Positions 16,127-25,041 of a stretch of 64,000 nucleotides of DNA are shown here, one piece after another. The DNA is from a virus (Duplodnaviria; Heunggongvirae; Uroviricota; Caudoviricetes): positions 39,913 through 103,912 of the IMG/VR virus record IMGVR_UViG_3300016476_000468; one strand, 5' to 3'. The notes below the pieces were generated by a model, which was not told the DNA's origin, made no database searches, and saw only the letters and a list, made by a program, of their open reading frames with translations. Made by a program: the position numbers and the translations under genes. Position 1 is the first letter of the stretch, and every line of letters begins with the position of its first letter.

Positions 16127-16476
16127 AGTTATTGCTGTATGAAGCAAAGAGAAAAGTGTTCTGGACGGGAGTTCGATTCTCCCCACCTCCACCAAAAGCA
16201 GACTAGAGACAGATAGGCAGTGTAACATATTCTAGACCATTTGTTACATACCTAGAAAAAGGCTGTTACTGGTAGTCAGACTCTAATGTTACCCATGAGT
16301 CTGCTTTTGATGGGGGTGACTAGGTTTCGACAGGGCAAAGAGTAACAGAGTGGACAGCACGACAGGAGTAGTCGTTAAAAGCAAACCAAAGTAAATGCAA
16401 ATGACTCTGTCTACGCATTAGCAGCCTAAACGCTGCTTAGGGTTTCGGTGGTTTCCTCGTAACAGAATAACCACCA
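16127..16476 (+). ncRNA. ssrA: circularly permuted (two-piece) tmRNA
   Basis: T-arm GGGAG-TTCGATT-CTCCC plus CACCTCC-A-CCA ending at 16194 lies upstream of the 5' end GGGGGTG (16312), pairing with a G3:U70 wobble; tag ORF 16397-16429 reads ANDSVYALAA*; outer ends approximate. Confidence 0.92.
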
Positions 16477-16495
16477 CTTTACAAAAGGAGATTCT

Positions 16496-16672
16496 ATGAA
16501 AAAGATGTTAGTTTTAGTCGCTCTGGCTTTCTCATTTAGCGCATTCGCTGCTGAACCTGCTAAGAAAGAACCAGCAAAAGCTGAGAAGAAGGTTGAAAAG
16601 AAGGAAGTCAAGCCTAAATCACCTCCATCTGACAAGAAACCTACTCCGAAGAAAAAACCAGAAGCTAAATAA
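16496..16672 (+). CDS. secreted Lys/Pro/Glu-rich small protein (58 aa)
   Basis: AAGGAG RBS; signal peptide MKKMLVLVALAFSFSAFA followed by a low-complexity charged tail. Confidence 0.75.
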   Translation: MKKMLVLVALAFSFSAFAAEPAKKEPAKAEKKVEKKEVKPKSPPSDKKPTPKKKPEAK

Positions 16673-16690
16673 TATTATCCAGTAATGGAT

Positions 16691-16710
16691 CGTGGTTGGA
16701 GGCAACCACG
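16691..16710 (+). other. intergenic hairpin
   Basis: CGTGGTTG-GAGG-CAACCACG downstream of CTAAATA (16665). Confidence 0.5.
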
Positions 16711-16755
16711 TTAAAAACCTTCATCACACATAACACAACACAAAGGAGAAAACCT

Positions 16756-17031
16756 ATGTCAAATATGACTCCGTTCGAGATCAGACTTGAACTTTTGAAA
16801 ATGGCTCAAACTATGCTTGAGCAAGATTATTATGGTAAACGTGAGCAAATTTCTAACGACTGGCAAGTCAAAGTAGAAAATGCTCGTCATGCGGGTTCTG
16901 CGCCTCCAGAACATCCTGGGTTTCCATCATACCCAACTGAAGCCGAAGTTATTGCGAAAGCAGCTACACTGAACGGTTTCGTCTCACAAATCCCAATTAC
17001 ACAAGAAAAGACTAGCAAAAAGTCCACCTGA
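16756..17031 (+). CDS. conserved T4-like hypothetical protein
   Basis: TPFEIRLELLKMA...YPTEAEVIAKA; AAAGGAG RBS. Confidence 0.8.
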   Translation: MSNMTPFEIRLELLKMAQTMLEQDYYGKREQISNDWQVKVENARHAGSAPPEHPGFPSYPTEAEVIAKAATLNGFVSQIPITQEKTSKKST

Positions 17032-17039
17032 TAGGGATT

Positions 17040-17066
17040 GGGTGCATTCGTGCACCCTTCTAATTT
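17040..17066 (+). terminator. intrinsic terminator
   Basis: GGGTGCA-TTCG-TGCACCC followed by a T-rich tail. Confidence 0.65.
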
Positions 17067-17078
17067 AAGGAGATCAAT

Positions 17079-17585
17079 ATGCGAAGTATATACTTACCTC
17101 TCATATCTGCAGCTATTTGTTTCGCCATATTAATAGGTGTGACAGATCAAACTGATAAGCTGCTAGAAATACATTATACACAATTAACAAAAGAAACGCA
17201 AAAACAAATAGATTGTTTAGCAGCAAACATTTATCACGAAGCTGGCAATGAACCCCATGATGGTAAAGTTGCTGTTGCTTTAGTAACTCTTAACAGAACT
17301 CAAGACCCAAGGTTTCCAAAAGATATTTGCTCTGTAGTGAAACAAAAGGTAAACTCTACTTGTCAGTTTTCTTGGTTCTGTATGCCCGTAACAATTAAGG
17401 CTAGAGAAGTATATGACAAAGCCAGAGATGTTGCTGTTCACGTATACGTGAACTACGAAAAGATTCCTGACATAACAGGTGGTGCATTATTTTACCATGC
17501 TGATTATGTAAATCCAAGATGGAAACTGGAAAAGACTACTGTTATTGGTAGACACATTTTTTATAAAGACAAGGATCGTATATGA
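17079..17585 (+). CDS. SleB-like cell wall hydrolase (Hydrolase_2)
   Basis: CLAANIYHEA, VALVTLNR, CQFSW, ALFYHADYV and IGRHIFY motifs; N-terminal anchor. Confidence 0.9.
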   Translation: MRSIYLPLISAAICFAILIGVTDQTDKLLEIHYTQLTKETQKQIDCLAANIYHEAGNEPHDGKVAVALVTLNRTQDPRFPKDICSVVKQKVNSTCQFSWFCMPVTIKAREVYDKARDVAVHVYVNYEKIPDITGGALFYHADYVNPRWKLEKTTVIGRHIFYKDKDRI

Positions 17586-18139
17586 TGAACAAACTAAACC
17601 TCCAATTAAAAGAAGAGACATCTCGTCATTCGTTTTTGTTGTTGATGGAGGAAATTAGTTTACAGTCAGTTAAAACTGCTGTTGAATGGATTTTCGAAGC
17701 CAACTTTACCGAAGAACGACCAGAGATGCTTAATATGATTGTGACATCTCCAGGTGGCGATTTAAATGCAGCATTTGCGCTAATTGACGTTATGCGTGGT
17801 TCTGCTATCCCAATTAGAACTATTGGTCTTGGACAGATTGCTTCTGCTGGCTTGATGATCTTTATCGCTGGTGATGCTGGTATGCGTATCCTTACGCCAA
17901 ATACTTCTATCCTTTCTCACCAATATTCTTGGGGTGCGATTGGTAAGGAACACGAACTTTTTGCTACTGTTCGTGAATTCGATCTAACGACCAAAAAGAT
18001 GATTCAACATTATAAGAAGTGCACTGGTCTTTCTGAAGCAAAAATTAGAGAAGTATTGCTTCCACCGCAAGACGTTTGGTTAAGCCCACAAGAAGCTAAA
18101 AAACTAGGATTGTGCGATGATGTCAAAGATCTTGCCTAA
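17582..18139 (+). CDS. clpP: ClpP-like serine protease
   Basis: TSPGGD, IASAG (catalytic Ser), SHQ (catalytic His) and DVWLSPQEA motifs. Confidence 0.8.
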   Translation: MMNKLNLQLKEETSRHSFLLLMEEISLQSVKTAVEWIFEANFTEERPEMLNMIVTSPGGDLNAAFALIDVMRGSAIPIRTIGLGQIASAGLMIFIAGDAGMRILTPNTSILSHQYSWGAIGKEHELFATVREFDLTTKKMIQHYKKCTGLSEAKIREVLLPPQDVWLSPQEAKKLGLCDDVKDLA

Positions 18140-18374
18140 AATTAAGGAATTTTTTACCGTGAAAACTGAAAACATTTTTATTATTTCTGCAACCATTTCT
18201 CTTCTTGCAATTGTTGGTGCAATCACTTATCACAATCAAACTGCTGTAAAATCTATGGAGAGAAACATTGAAAGTGCAATTGTAAAGGGTATTGATCCGA
18301 TTGCAGTTAAATGTGCTTACGAGAACAATTCCTCGAATCTCTGTATCGCTTACGCTACTAGCCAGAAGCGTTAA
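18117..18374 (+). CDS. single-TM hypothetical protein
   Basis: Hydrophobic helix, DPIAVKCAY. Confidence 0.7.
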   Translation: MMSKILPKIKEFFTVKTENIFIISATISLLAIVGAITYHNQTAVKSMERNIESAIVKGIDPIAVKCAYENNSSNLCIAYATSQKR

Positions 18375-18380
18375 AAAAGA

Positions 18381-18443
18381 CCCCACCCAGAGTGGGGTTT
18401 TTAGCATTTAGTTGTTGACTTTTTTCTGGATCTGGAGTATAAT
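18381..18443 (+). promoter_or_regulatory. stem-loop/terminator plus sigma70 promoter cassette
   Basis: CCCCAC-N5-GTGGGG followed by Ts, then TTGACT (18415)-17-TATAAT. Confidence 0.8.
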
Positions 18444-18451
18444 AAAATCCT

Positions 18452-18799
18452 ATGCAGATGATATACACCTCAACTCGTTCGAAAAAGAAGCGCAAGCCCA
18501 ACGCCAAGCAACGTGAGTTGCAATCTGATTGGGAGAAGTTGCTTAAGAAGTATGAACCCAAGAAACCTGTGGCAAAGCCTAAGGATGAGGGTTTCACATA
18601 CTCACTTGGTACACCTGCTTGTCGTGAGACACCTAAGATTCCAAGTCTTCCATTCACAGCTGGTCCATGCACAAAAGCGCCAGACAAGGTGTATACTGGT
18701 ACTGCAATTAAAGGTATTGGAACTATGCACAAGTCTAATGCTGTTCCAGTCTTTAGCGATGAGGAAGCTATTGAAATTTCAAGAATGCGAAGAGGTTAA
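18452..18799 (+). CDS. conserved T4-like hypothetical protein
   Basis: YTGTAIKGIGTMHKSNAVPVF motif. Confidence 0.8.
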   Translation: MQMIYTSTRSKKKRKPNAKQRELQSDWEKLLKKYEPKKPVAKPKDEGFTYSLGTPACRETPKIPSLPFTAGPCTKAPDKVYTGTAIKGIGTMHKSNAVPVFSDEEAIEISRMRRG

Positions 18800-18800
18800 T

Positions 18801-19166
18801 ATGAAACCTTATCTACATGGAAAAATTCATGCCAAAAAATACGGTGGAAACCCAGATGACTACGCAGACATCGATGACTTCATCGATAGTTCCAAAGCAG
18901 CCTTACCTGATGTGCGGCACCGAGCAATTCTGCACTCTGCGTTCGGGTGTTTTCTCGTCGAAAGAACTTTTGGTCGTACACGCATCAACTCGGACGGGAA
19001 GGAGTATTCTCCAAGAGATGTTGCAGAAGACCACATCATCCAAGATTTAGGTTTCCTGCCTACAATGGAGCAGTACCTAAACAACATGACGATCCAGCCA
19101 TGGATGTCAGGAACCGAAAAGAAGAACACTGGTTCTTCTCGTAAATTTATCAAACTTGAGGATTAA
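18801..19166 (+). CDS. DUF6915-like protein
   Basis: HAKKYGG, DSSKA, RHRAILHS and AEDHIIQD motifs. Confidence 0.7.
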   Translation: MKPYLHGKIHAKKYGGNPDDYADIDDFIDSSKAALPDVRHRAILHSAFGCFLVERTFGRTRINSDGKEYSPRDVAEDHIIQDLGFLPTMEQYLNNMTIQPWMSGTEKKNTGSSRKFIKLED

Positions 19167-19172
19167 TATATC

Positions 19173-19679
19173 ATGAGCGCACTCCAAGAAAAATTTGACC
19201 AACTGCTGAATGAGCAAGAAGAACTCCGTCGTAAATTCCAAGTTACGGCGCAAGAACTTTTCAAAGAAACTACAAAGGAATTCTTTGATGGTAATCCTGG
19301 TGTTAAAGCAGTTGTTTGGGCGCAGTATACACCTTACTTCAATGATGGTGACACTTGCACATTCAGCGTAAACTCTCCTACGTTTACCAACGCACCTGAT
19401 CCTGAGAATGTTCGTTGGGGCGAATATAACGGCGATGAAGAAGGTGTATTTGCTGTTGAAAATATGCAGTACACTATGAAGTCTGACAGTCATTATTACA
19501 AAGCAGACCAAGAAGCCATTCGTAAAGCTGGTGGTGTTGATGTTGACTCTTGTGAAGCGTTTGAGCGTATGATCACTTCTTCTGCTATGGAAGATGTTAT
19601 GCTTGCGATGTTCGGAGATCACGTTCAGGTTATCGCAACTCGTGAGGGTTTCGAAGTGAATGATTACGACCACGATTAA
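19173..19679 (+). CDS. hypothetical protein
   Basis: WAQYTPYFNDGDTCTF; strong codon bias. Confidence 0.8.
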   Translation: MSALQEKFDQLLNEQEELRRKFQVTAQELFKETTKEFFDGNPGVKAVVWAQYTPYFNDGDTCTFSVNSPTFTNAPDPENVRWGEYNGDEEGVFAVENMQYTMKSDSHYYKADQEAIRKAGGVDVDSCEAFERMITSSAMEDVMLAMFGDHVQVIATREGFEVNDYDHD

Positions 19680-19692
19680 TTGAAGGATACCT

Positions 19693-19878
19693 ATGGAACC
19701 TAAAAAGTATTACAGTAGCATAAGTTATACATACACTCTTCCTAAAGATTCTGGATTTATTGAATTGAATCCTGAGCAACTTGCAAGTCTTTATGAACCT
19801 GGAGTTGATATTGTTGAGAAACTCTTAGAGTATTCAGAATATAAAGATGCAAAAGAGTTAATTGCGAGGATCAAATGA
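19693..19878 (+). CDS. hypothetical protein
   Basis: AAGGA RBS. Confidence 0.7.
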   Translation: MEPKKYYSSISYTYTLPKDSGFIELNPEQLASLYEPGVDIVEKLLEYSEYKDAKELIARIK

Positions 19879-20063
19879 GCGATTTCTGTTCTAAATGTGT
19901 TGAAAAAGAAGCACAGATGGAAATTGTCATCAGTAAATTCCATCAAGAAATAGAAGCATTAAAACAAAGAATCCAAAAGCTGGAATCTGAAAATGAAGCA
20001 CTAGTGATGGATGTTGCTTTCTACGGTGGCAATATGATTAACTTGTCTTGCGAAGATAAATGA
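19875..20063 (+). CDS. coiled-coil hypothetical protein
   Basis: Coupled ORF. Confidence 0.7.
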   Translation: MSDFCSKCVEKEAQMEIVISKFHQEIEALKQRIQKLESENEALVMDVAFYGGNMINLSCEDK

Positions 20064-20077
20064 TGTATAATACTGAT

Positions 20078-20299
20078 ATGACTCTGATTGAAAAACGCAA
20101 CTTTCTATTTTCAGAACGAATGAAGATGGACAAATTCTTTACTATGTTCTTGGACAAATTTGAACGCAAGATGGATCCAGAAAAGCCGAACACGCCTATT
20201 TGGAAACTTTATCGGCAAAAGCATGCAGAGTACTGCAAGCTAAATCAAGAAATTCGCAATGTAGAGTATTGGATTGCAAAGGAAAGAGCTAGTGTTTAA
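20078..20299 (+). CDS. hypothetical protein
   Basis: TTGTCT (20043)-17-TATAAT (20066) with ATG 6 nt later. Confidence 0.7.
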   Translation: MTLIEKRNFLFSERMKMDKFFTMFLDKFERKMDPEKPNTPIWKLYRQKHAEYCKLNQEIRNVEYWIAKERASV

Positions 20300-20507
20300 A
20301 ACAGCGAATGAATTTTCACTGCATATCGAAAGTATCGTTAAAGAAAAACGATTGAGTTATATGGATGCAGTGTTAGAATATTGTAAAGAAAATTATCTTG
20401 AACCTGAAGATGTTTCTTCACTTATCAATAAGTCTTTGAAAGATAAACTTGAGATGGATTTTCGTGAAGCGAATTACTTACCTAAACAAGCAAAGCTAGA
20501 TGTCTGA
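20292..20507 (+). CDS. gp33: late transcription coactivator gp33
   Basis: FSLHIESIV...YMDAVLEYC...INKSLKDKLE...NYLPK; GTG start inferred from the RBS. Confidence 0.85.
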   Translation: MFKTANEFSLHIESIVKEKRLSYMDAVLEYCKENYLEPEDVSSLINKSLKDKLEMDFREANYLPKQAKLDV

Positions 20508-20697
20508 AAACAAACTTGCTATTATTGGAATCATTGTTTTTATATGCGCTCAGGTGGTGTTCTTTGTGTATGCTGCAGAATCTCTAAAGGGTAGAACTGT
20601 TAGATATGATTGTAGTATAGCTGAAATTTCTCCAGATTATCCACCACAGGTAAAAGAAGATTGTAGAAAATTGAGAGCACAACGTGGACGGATTTAA
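20500..20697 (+). CDS. single-TM hypothetical protein
   Basis: TM helix plus YDCSIAEISPDYP. Confidence 0.7.
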   Translation: MSENKLAIIGIIVFICAQVVFFVYAAESLKGRTVRYDCSIAEISPDYPPQVKEDCRKLRAQRGRI

Positions 20698-21286
20698 AGC
20701 ATATCGTTATTATCTTGCAATTAAATTACACTTCACTACCGAAAAGTTTAACGTCTTCGAAAATCGAGGAAATGTTAAAGGCACACGTGAAACATTTAAT
20801 GCTAGAAACGACAGATACATTTTTGAGAAGTTAGCGAACAAATACGAAACGGACAGAGAAATTATCCAGTTCTTTGTTGCAAATTTTGCCTATGGTAGTG
20901 ATACAGCAATTTATGAAGGCAAAGAAGCTGCAGATAATTTTTTACTTTGGAATAAACGTAAACAAAGTATAACACAAATTTTCATCGATGACTTGGCCAA
21001 TATACTCAACTACATCGAAGCTAATAAAACATCCGTGTTTTCTTTTGAAAATGATAAATACCCCGCCCTTATGCAACTTTATATCGGCAACAAAGTAACA
21101 ATCGAAACACTTAGAATTATTGACGATGTTTATCCATTTTTAGAATCTTGGTCGCAACAAAATTCCATTAAGTATATGTGGGCTGCAGAACTTTTGCGAA
21201 TTAAAAAGTTGACTGGGTTCGTGAAATACGATAAAATTAAAATCGAAAAAATCTTCAAGCACTTTTTAGAAGAAATCACAGTTTAA
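20684..21286 (+). CDS. gp59: helicase loader gp59
   Basis: YLAIKLHF and FFVANF motifs; position before gp32. Confidence 0.85.
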   Translation: MDGFKAYRYYLAIKLHFTTEKFNVFENRGNVKGTRETFNARNDRYIFEKLANKYETDREIIQFFVANFAYGSDTAIYEGKEAADNFLLWNKRKQSITQIFIDDLANILNYIEANKTSVFSFENDKYPALMQLYIGNKVTIETLRIIDDVYPFLESWSQQNSIKYMWAAELLRIKKLTGFVKYDKIKIEKIFKHFLEEITV

Positions 21287-21291
21287 TTATC

Positions 21292-21519
21292 ATGGGCAAG
21301 ACCTATCAAAAGAATTCTCGTCGTTTCGACGATGAAGTTTCCTCTGGTCGTTCGGGGAAACACGCTAAACATTCGAACAATCGAAAAAGTGGCGGAATGA
21401 GAACGCTAAATAGTTATGTTGAAGAAGATTATGATGACTATGACTTGAACGACGATGCGTTCGATGACGAGTTTGAACTTGATGATGAAATTTCTATACA
21501 ACGTAACAATACTCCGTAA
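21292..21519 (+). CDS. small hypothetical protein (basic N-terminus, acidic C-terminus)
   Basis: ORF between gp59 and gp32. Confidence 0.7.
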   Translation: MGKTYQKNSRRFDDEVSSGRSGKHAKHSNNRKSGGMRTLNSYVEEDYDDYDLNDDAFDDEFELDDEISIQRNNTP

Positions 21520-21536
21520 ATATAAAGGAAATACAA

Positions 21537-22448
21537 ATGGATATTCAAACACTCCGTAAAATGCGCAACTCTGACTTCGGTAGCATTGCCAATGCTTTCG
21601 AAAAGATCGCAAATCCCCAAACTGAATCTAAGTCATACAACGACGACCGTATGTGGCGTCTTGAAGGTGACAAGGCTGGTAACGGCACTGCAACGATTCG
21701 TTTCCTCCCACGTGTTGAAGGCGATGAACTCCCATGGGTTCGTATCTTCTCTCACGGTTTCCAAGGTCCAACTGGTAAATGGTACATCGAAAATTCTCTG
21801 ACCACTCTTGGCGAGAATGATCCTGTCGGTGAACTGAACACCCAGCTGTGGAACTCTGGTTCTGAAGCCAACAAAGAAATTGCACGTAAACAAAAGCGTA
21901 AGCTGGCGTTCATCTGTAACATCTTGGTTGTTTCTGATCCCAAGCATCCTGAAAATGAAGGTAAAGTATTCTTGTTCAAATTCGGTAAGAAGATTTTTGA
22001 CAAGATTATGGACAAGGCTCGTCCTACTTTCGAAGATGAGAAACCAGTCAACGTGTTTGACTTCTGGGAAGGTGCTAACTTCAAACTGCGTATGCGTAAG
22101 AAGGATGGCTATGCGAACTATGATGAGTCTGCATTTATGGAACCATCTGCTATTACCGACGATGAAGATCGTCTGTTGCAGATCGCTAACTCTCAGTACA
22201 AACTGTCTGAGTTCTTGGATCGTAAGAACTTCAAGTCTTATGACGAGTTGAAGAAAAAGCTGAACGATGTTCTGTCTGGTGATTCTTACGTTGGTAAGTC
22301 TGCTGCACAGATGGATGATGACGATGAACCTGTTTCTGCGCCAGCACCATCTATCAAGTCAAAACCTGCTCCTGCTCCAAAGGTAGCGAACAATGATGAT
22401 GACGATGATGTGATGTCATACTTCCAAAAGATTGCTAAGGAAGACTAA
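21537..22448 (+). CDS. gp32: single-stranded DNA-binding protein gp32
   Basis: AGNGTATIRFLP, HGFQGPTGKWYIENSLTT, FKFGKKIFDKI; acidic tail. Confidence 0.95.
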   Translation: MDIQTLRKMRNSDFGSIANAFEKIANPQTESKSYNDDRMWRLEGDKAGNGTATIRFLPRVEGDELPWVRIFSHGFQGPTGKWYIENSLTTLGENDPVGELNTQLWNSGSEANKEIARKQKRKLAFICNILVVSDPKHPENEGKVFLFKFGKKIFDKIMDKARPTFEDEKPVNVFDFWEGANFKLRMRKKDGYANYDESAFMEPSAITDDEDRLLQIANSQYKLSEFLDRKNFKSYDELKKKLNDVLSGDSYVGKSAAQMDDDDEPVSAPAPSIKSKPAPAPKVANNDDDDDVMSYFQKIAKED

Positions 22449-22478
22449 AAAGAAAGGGGACTGAAAAGTCCCCTTTTT
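22449..22478. terminator. bidirectional intrinsic terminator
   Basis: AAAGGGGACT-GAAA-AGTCCCCTTTTT between convergent genes. Confidence 0.85.
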
Positions 22479-22480
22479 CA

Positions 22481-24130
22481 TTATGTGGCGTATCTGCCTC
22501 GCATATAATTTCCAGCTGAAGAATCTTGGTTTCTGATTGGAGCACGAATAACCTGATTCTGTGTAGTGTTGTTAACAACTGGAGCATTAACAACACTGGT
22601 ATTATTTGCACCAGCAGAATCTGGGATAGCAGCTGCAGCGTTATCTGCAGACTTTTTATCCACTGCATTAGCAGAAGTTGGTGTCGCAGCTTCTGGTTTA
22701 GCTCCACCGCCACCACTTGGTGCAGCATCCTTGAATGGATAGAATGGACCAATTGAAATTTCTTTATCAATTACTGGGATCTTGAATTTAATTTCTGGAA
22801 TACCAATCTTAGAGATAAAGCCTAAGAAACTATCTTTCATTTCACCGAAGAATGTTGACACAGGTTTAACGATGTGGTCATCGACCCAAGTAGCCATATC
22901 ACCGATAACTTCTTTGATCTTTTCTTTGTCGAATAATCCAAACGTTAAGAAGTCTACGATACCAGCAAGACCAGCTACGATTGCCTTACCAATATCGCCT
23001 GTCTTCATAAATTCATCGAAACCATCAGTAAGACCTTCCCAGAGTGCACCAATTAGTGCGCCGATGGCAAACACTTTACCTAGAGTCTTTAGCAAGTTTT
23101 TAGGACTAAAGATACTTTTAACAGCTTTCATAAAACCGTCACCGAGGAAACTGAAGATAGTATCCAACAAACCCCCACCCTCTGCTGGTTTAACTTTTTC
23201 TGGTGTTGGACCACCTGCTGGCTTACCACTGCGAGTGTTTTCTTCAATTTTCTTTAGAAGGTCAGCATTAGCTGCAGACATTCTTTGAGCTTCTAGTGCA
23301 ACTTCTTCGTTTTGTGTTTCTTTTGCAGCAGTTGCAGTAGGTGTTTTAATTGCGCTTGGATTGACATTGCCGACGACTGTTGGGTCAACACGTTGTGCAC
23401 CACGATCGTATTTGGTTAGTTCATCACCTAAGGCGGTGCGTTTGTCTAGTAGAGCAGCGCCAGCTGGAGTGCGACGCATCTCAGCTTCATCAGTGATACC
23501 AGTTTTCTTTTGAAACTTTTCGACTTCTTTGCTATGCTCTTGCATAGCTTTGCTAGCATTGTAAGCGCCCTCAGCGTCTTCTTTAGACGGATTGAACCCC
23601 ATCGCTCGCTGTTTAGAAGACCATTCAGATTTAGCGATAGCTTTGTTGAAAATCCCACCAACGTTAAGAGCGCCAAGAACAGTTCGCTTTAAACCACCAT
23701 CTTTGATGCTAGTCTTTTCTTTGACGTTTTGCACCTTTTCTCTGAATGACTTACCCATTTCCTGGAACATATTACCAGTGGTGTTCATAGACTTGGCAAT
23801 CTCTTCTAGCTTTTTCGACTCACCATCTGTTCGTTCGATTAGTTCTTTGAACTGCTGTTCGTCGCTTTTGCGATGACGTTTGCCCGTCTCAGAGTGTTCT
23901 TTCATCACTTTGAGCATTTCCATCTGCATTTTCACAGCGTCGGCATTACCAGAAGATACCTGCTGATTCTTCTGGTACTCTTTGGATAGCTGTAGAAGTT
24001 GTCTGATAGAAGACAGCTCACCTAATGATGCTTTTTGCGTTTCAAGCAAGTTACCCAATCCCTCCTCATTAGACTTTGTCTGCTGACGGATGCTAGAGTT
24101 AACTGAACTGTTGCTGGTTCTTTTAGGCAT
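22481..24130 (-). CDS. baseplate hub/tape-measure protein (gp29-like)
   Basis: 549 aa helical protein with a hydrophobic Gly/Ala segment, following gp26 and gp51. Confidence 0.6.
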   Translation of the reverse strand: MPKRTSNSSVNSSIRQQTKSNEEGLGNLLETQKASLGELSSIRQLLQLSKEYQKNQQVSSGNADAVKMQMEMLKVMKEHSETGKRHRKSDEQQFKELIERTDGESKKLEEIAKSMNTTGNMFQEMGKSFREKVQNVKEKTSIKDGGLKRTVLGALNVGGIFNKAIAKSEWSSKQRAMGFNPSKEDAEGAYNASKAMQEHSKEVEKFQKKTGITDEAEMRRTPAGAALLDKRTALGDELTKYDRGAQRVDPTVVGNVNPSAIKTPTATAAKETQNEEVALEAQRMSAANADLLKKIEENTRSGKPAGGPTPEKVKPAEGGGLLDTIFSFLGDGFMKAVKSIFSPKNLLKTLGKVFAIGALIGALWEGLTDGFDEFMKTGDIGKAIVAGLAGIVDFLTFGLFDKEKIKEVIGDMATWVDDHIVKPVSTFFGEMKDSFLGFISKIGIPEIKFKIPVIDKEISIGPFYPFKDAAPSGGGGAKPEAATPTSANAVDKKSADNAAAAIPDSAGANNTSVVNAPVVNNTTQNQVIRAPIRNQDSSAGNYMRGRYAT

Positions 24131-24131
24131 T

Positions 24132-24317
24132 TTACATTCTCTTCTTAGATTCTAATCTTTGTTTTTCTTCTTCCAAGTACTGAATCAACATATGGACATA
24201 TACTTCTCGTTCAAACGGAATCATGTCCTCTAATTCCGAAAGAGAGTATTTGTGATACTGCATCAAAGCGAAATTCATTTTATAGTAATTCGCCAAACTC
24301 TCGTGACACAGATTCAT
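24132..24317 (-). CDS. gp51: baseplate hub assembly protein gp51
   Basis: NFALMQYHKYSLSELEDMIPFEREVY. Confidence 0.85.
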   Translation of the reverse strand: MNLCHESLANYYKMNFALMQYHKYSLSELEDMIPFEREVYVHMLIQYLEEEKQRLESKKRM

Positions 24318-25039
24318 TAAAAAAAACTTTGCATTCCTTCTAACGTAACAGAGTGATGCTTAGCGCAGATTGGACAATTATACTCAACTGTCTTAGAGAT
24401 CTTAGGCATCTTTGTAAAGAATTTTTGCAGACTCTGAAATTGTTCGTTTGTTAGGTTATACAAGAATTCAAGTAATTCTTCTTTGGATTGTTCTTTGGCA
24501 TAATGAATTTCATCACCTTCATAGATGATGTCGATGCAAGATGCGATAATATCAAAGATAGTATCAACATCTTCAACGTTTATGTTTTCCATCTTCGACA
24601 TCAGGTCAAACGAAGGATACTTCATAATGACACCAACATCTCCGAATAATGGAATCTTTTTGATGCTTCCTTCTGGAAACTCAACCTGTAAATTAGTCAG
24701 GTCGATAGAAATTTTTAGCTTGGCTTTGTCGTTGTCTTCGCCATGGTCTTCACTGCATGGAAAAAGCAGTTCAACGATTTCACCAACAGATTTGGCACGA
24801 ATTTGCGTGAAGATGTATTCAATGTCGAATGTCGCTAGGTTGTCAACATCAATTTTATCTAGAACGCAACCACGGATAACTTGTTTAAGACTATCTACCA
24901 TAACCTCAACATCTTCTGATTGTTGGGCTATCAGCAGCGCCTTTTCTTCTTTAACTAAGAATGGTCGGTATTTAACTTTTTCGCCAGTTGATGGAACTAC
25001 AAGATTGTAGATGGGCGTATTCATCATAGGTAAAGCCAT
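24317..25039 (-). CDS. gp26: baseplate hub subunit gp26
   Basis: YRPFLVKEEKALL, DIEYIFTQIRAKSVGE and MKYPS motifs. Confidence 0.9.
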   Translation of the reverse strand: MALPMMNTPIYNLVVPSTGEKVKYRPFLVKEEKALLIAQQSEDVEVMVDSLKQVIRGCVLDKIDVDNLATFDIEYIFTQIRAKSVGEIVELLFPCSEDHGEDNDKAKLKISIDLTNLQVEFPEGSIKKIPLFGDVGVIMKYPSFDLMSKMENINVEDVDTIFDIIASCIDIIYEGDEIHYAKEQSKEELLEFLYNLTNEQFQSLQKFFTKMPKISKTVEYNCPICAKHHSVTLEGMQSFF

Positions 25040-25041
25040 AA

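Noticed and set aside
16160-16194. Apparent tRNA 3' half (T-arm plus CCA)
   Set aside because: There is no upstream D-arm or anticodon; its pairing partner lies downstream at 16312, so it belongs to the permuted tmRNA.
18513-18800. N-terminal extension of ORF 18513..19166 (and similar extensions at 4157, 12706 and 16696)
   Set aside because: The extension overlaps the upstream gene or promoter; RBS position and motif onset indicate later ATG starts.
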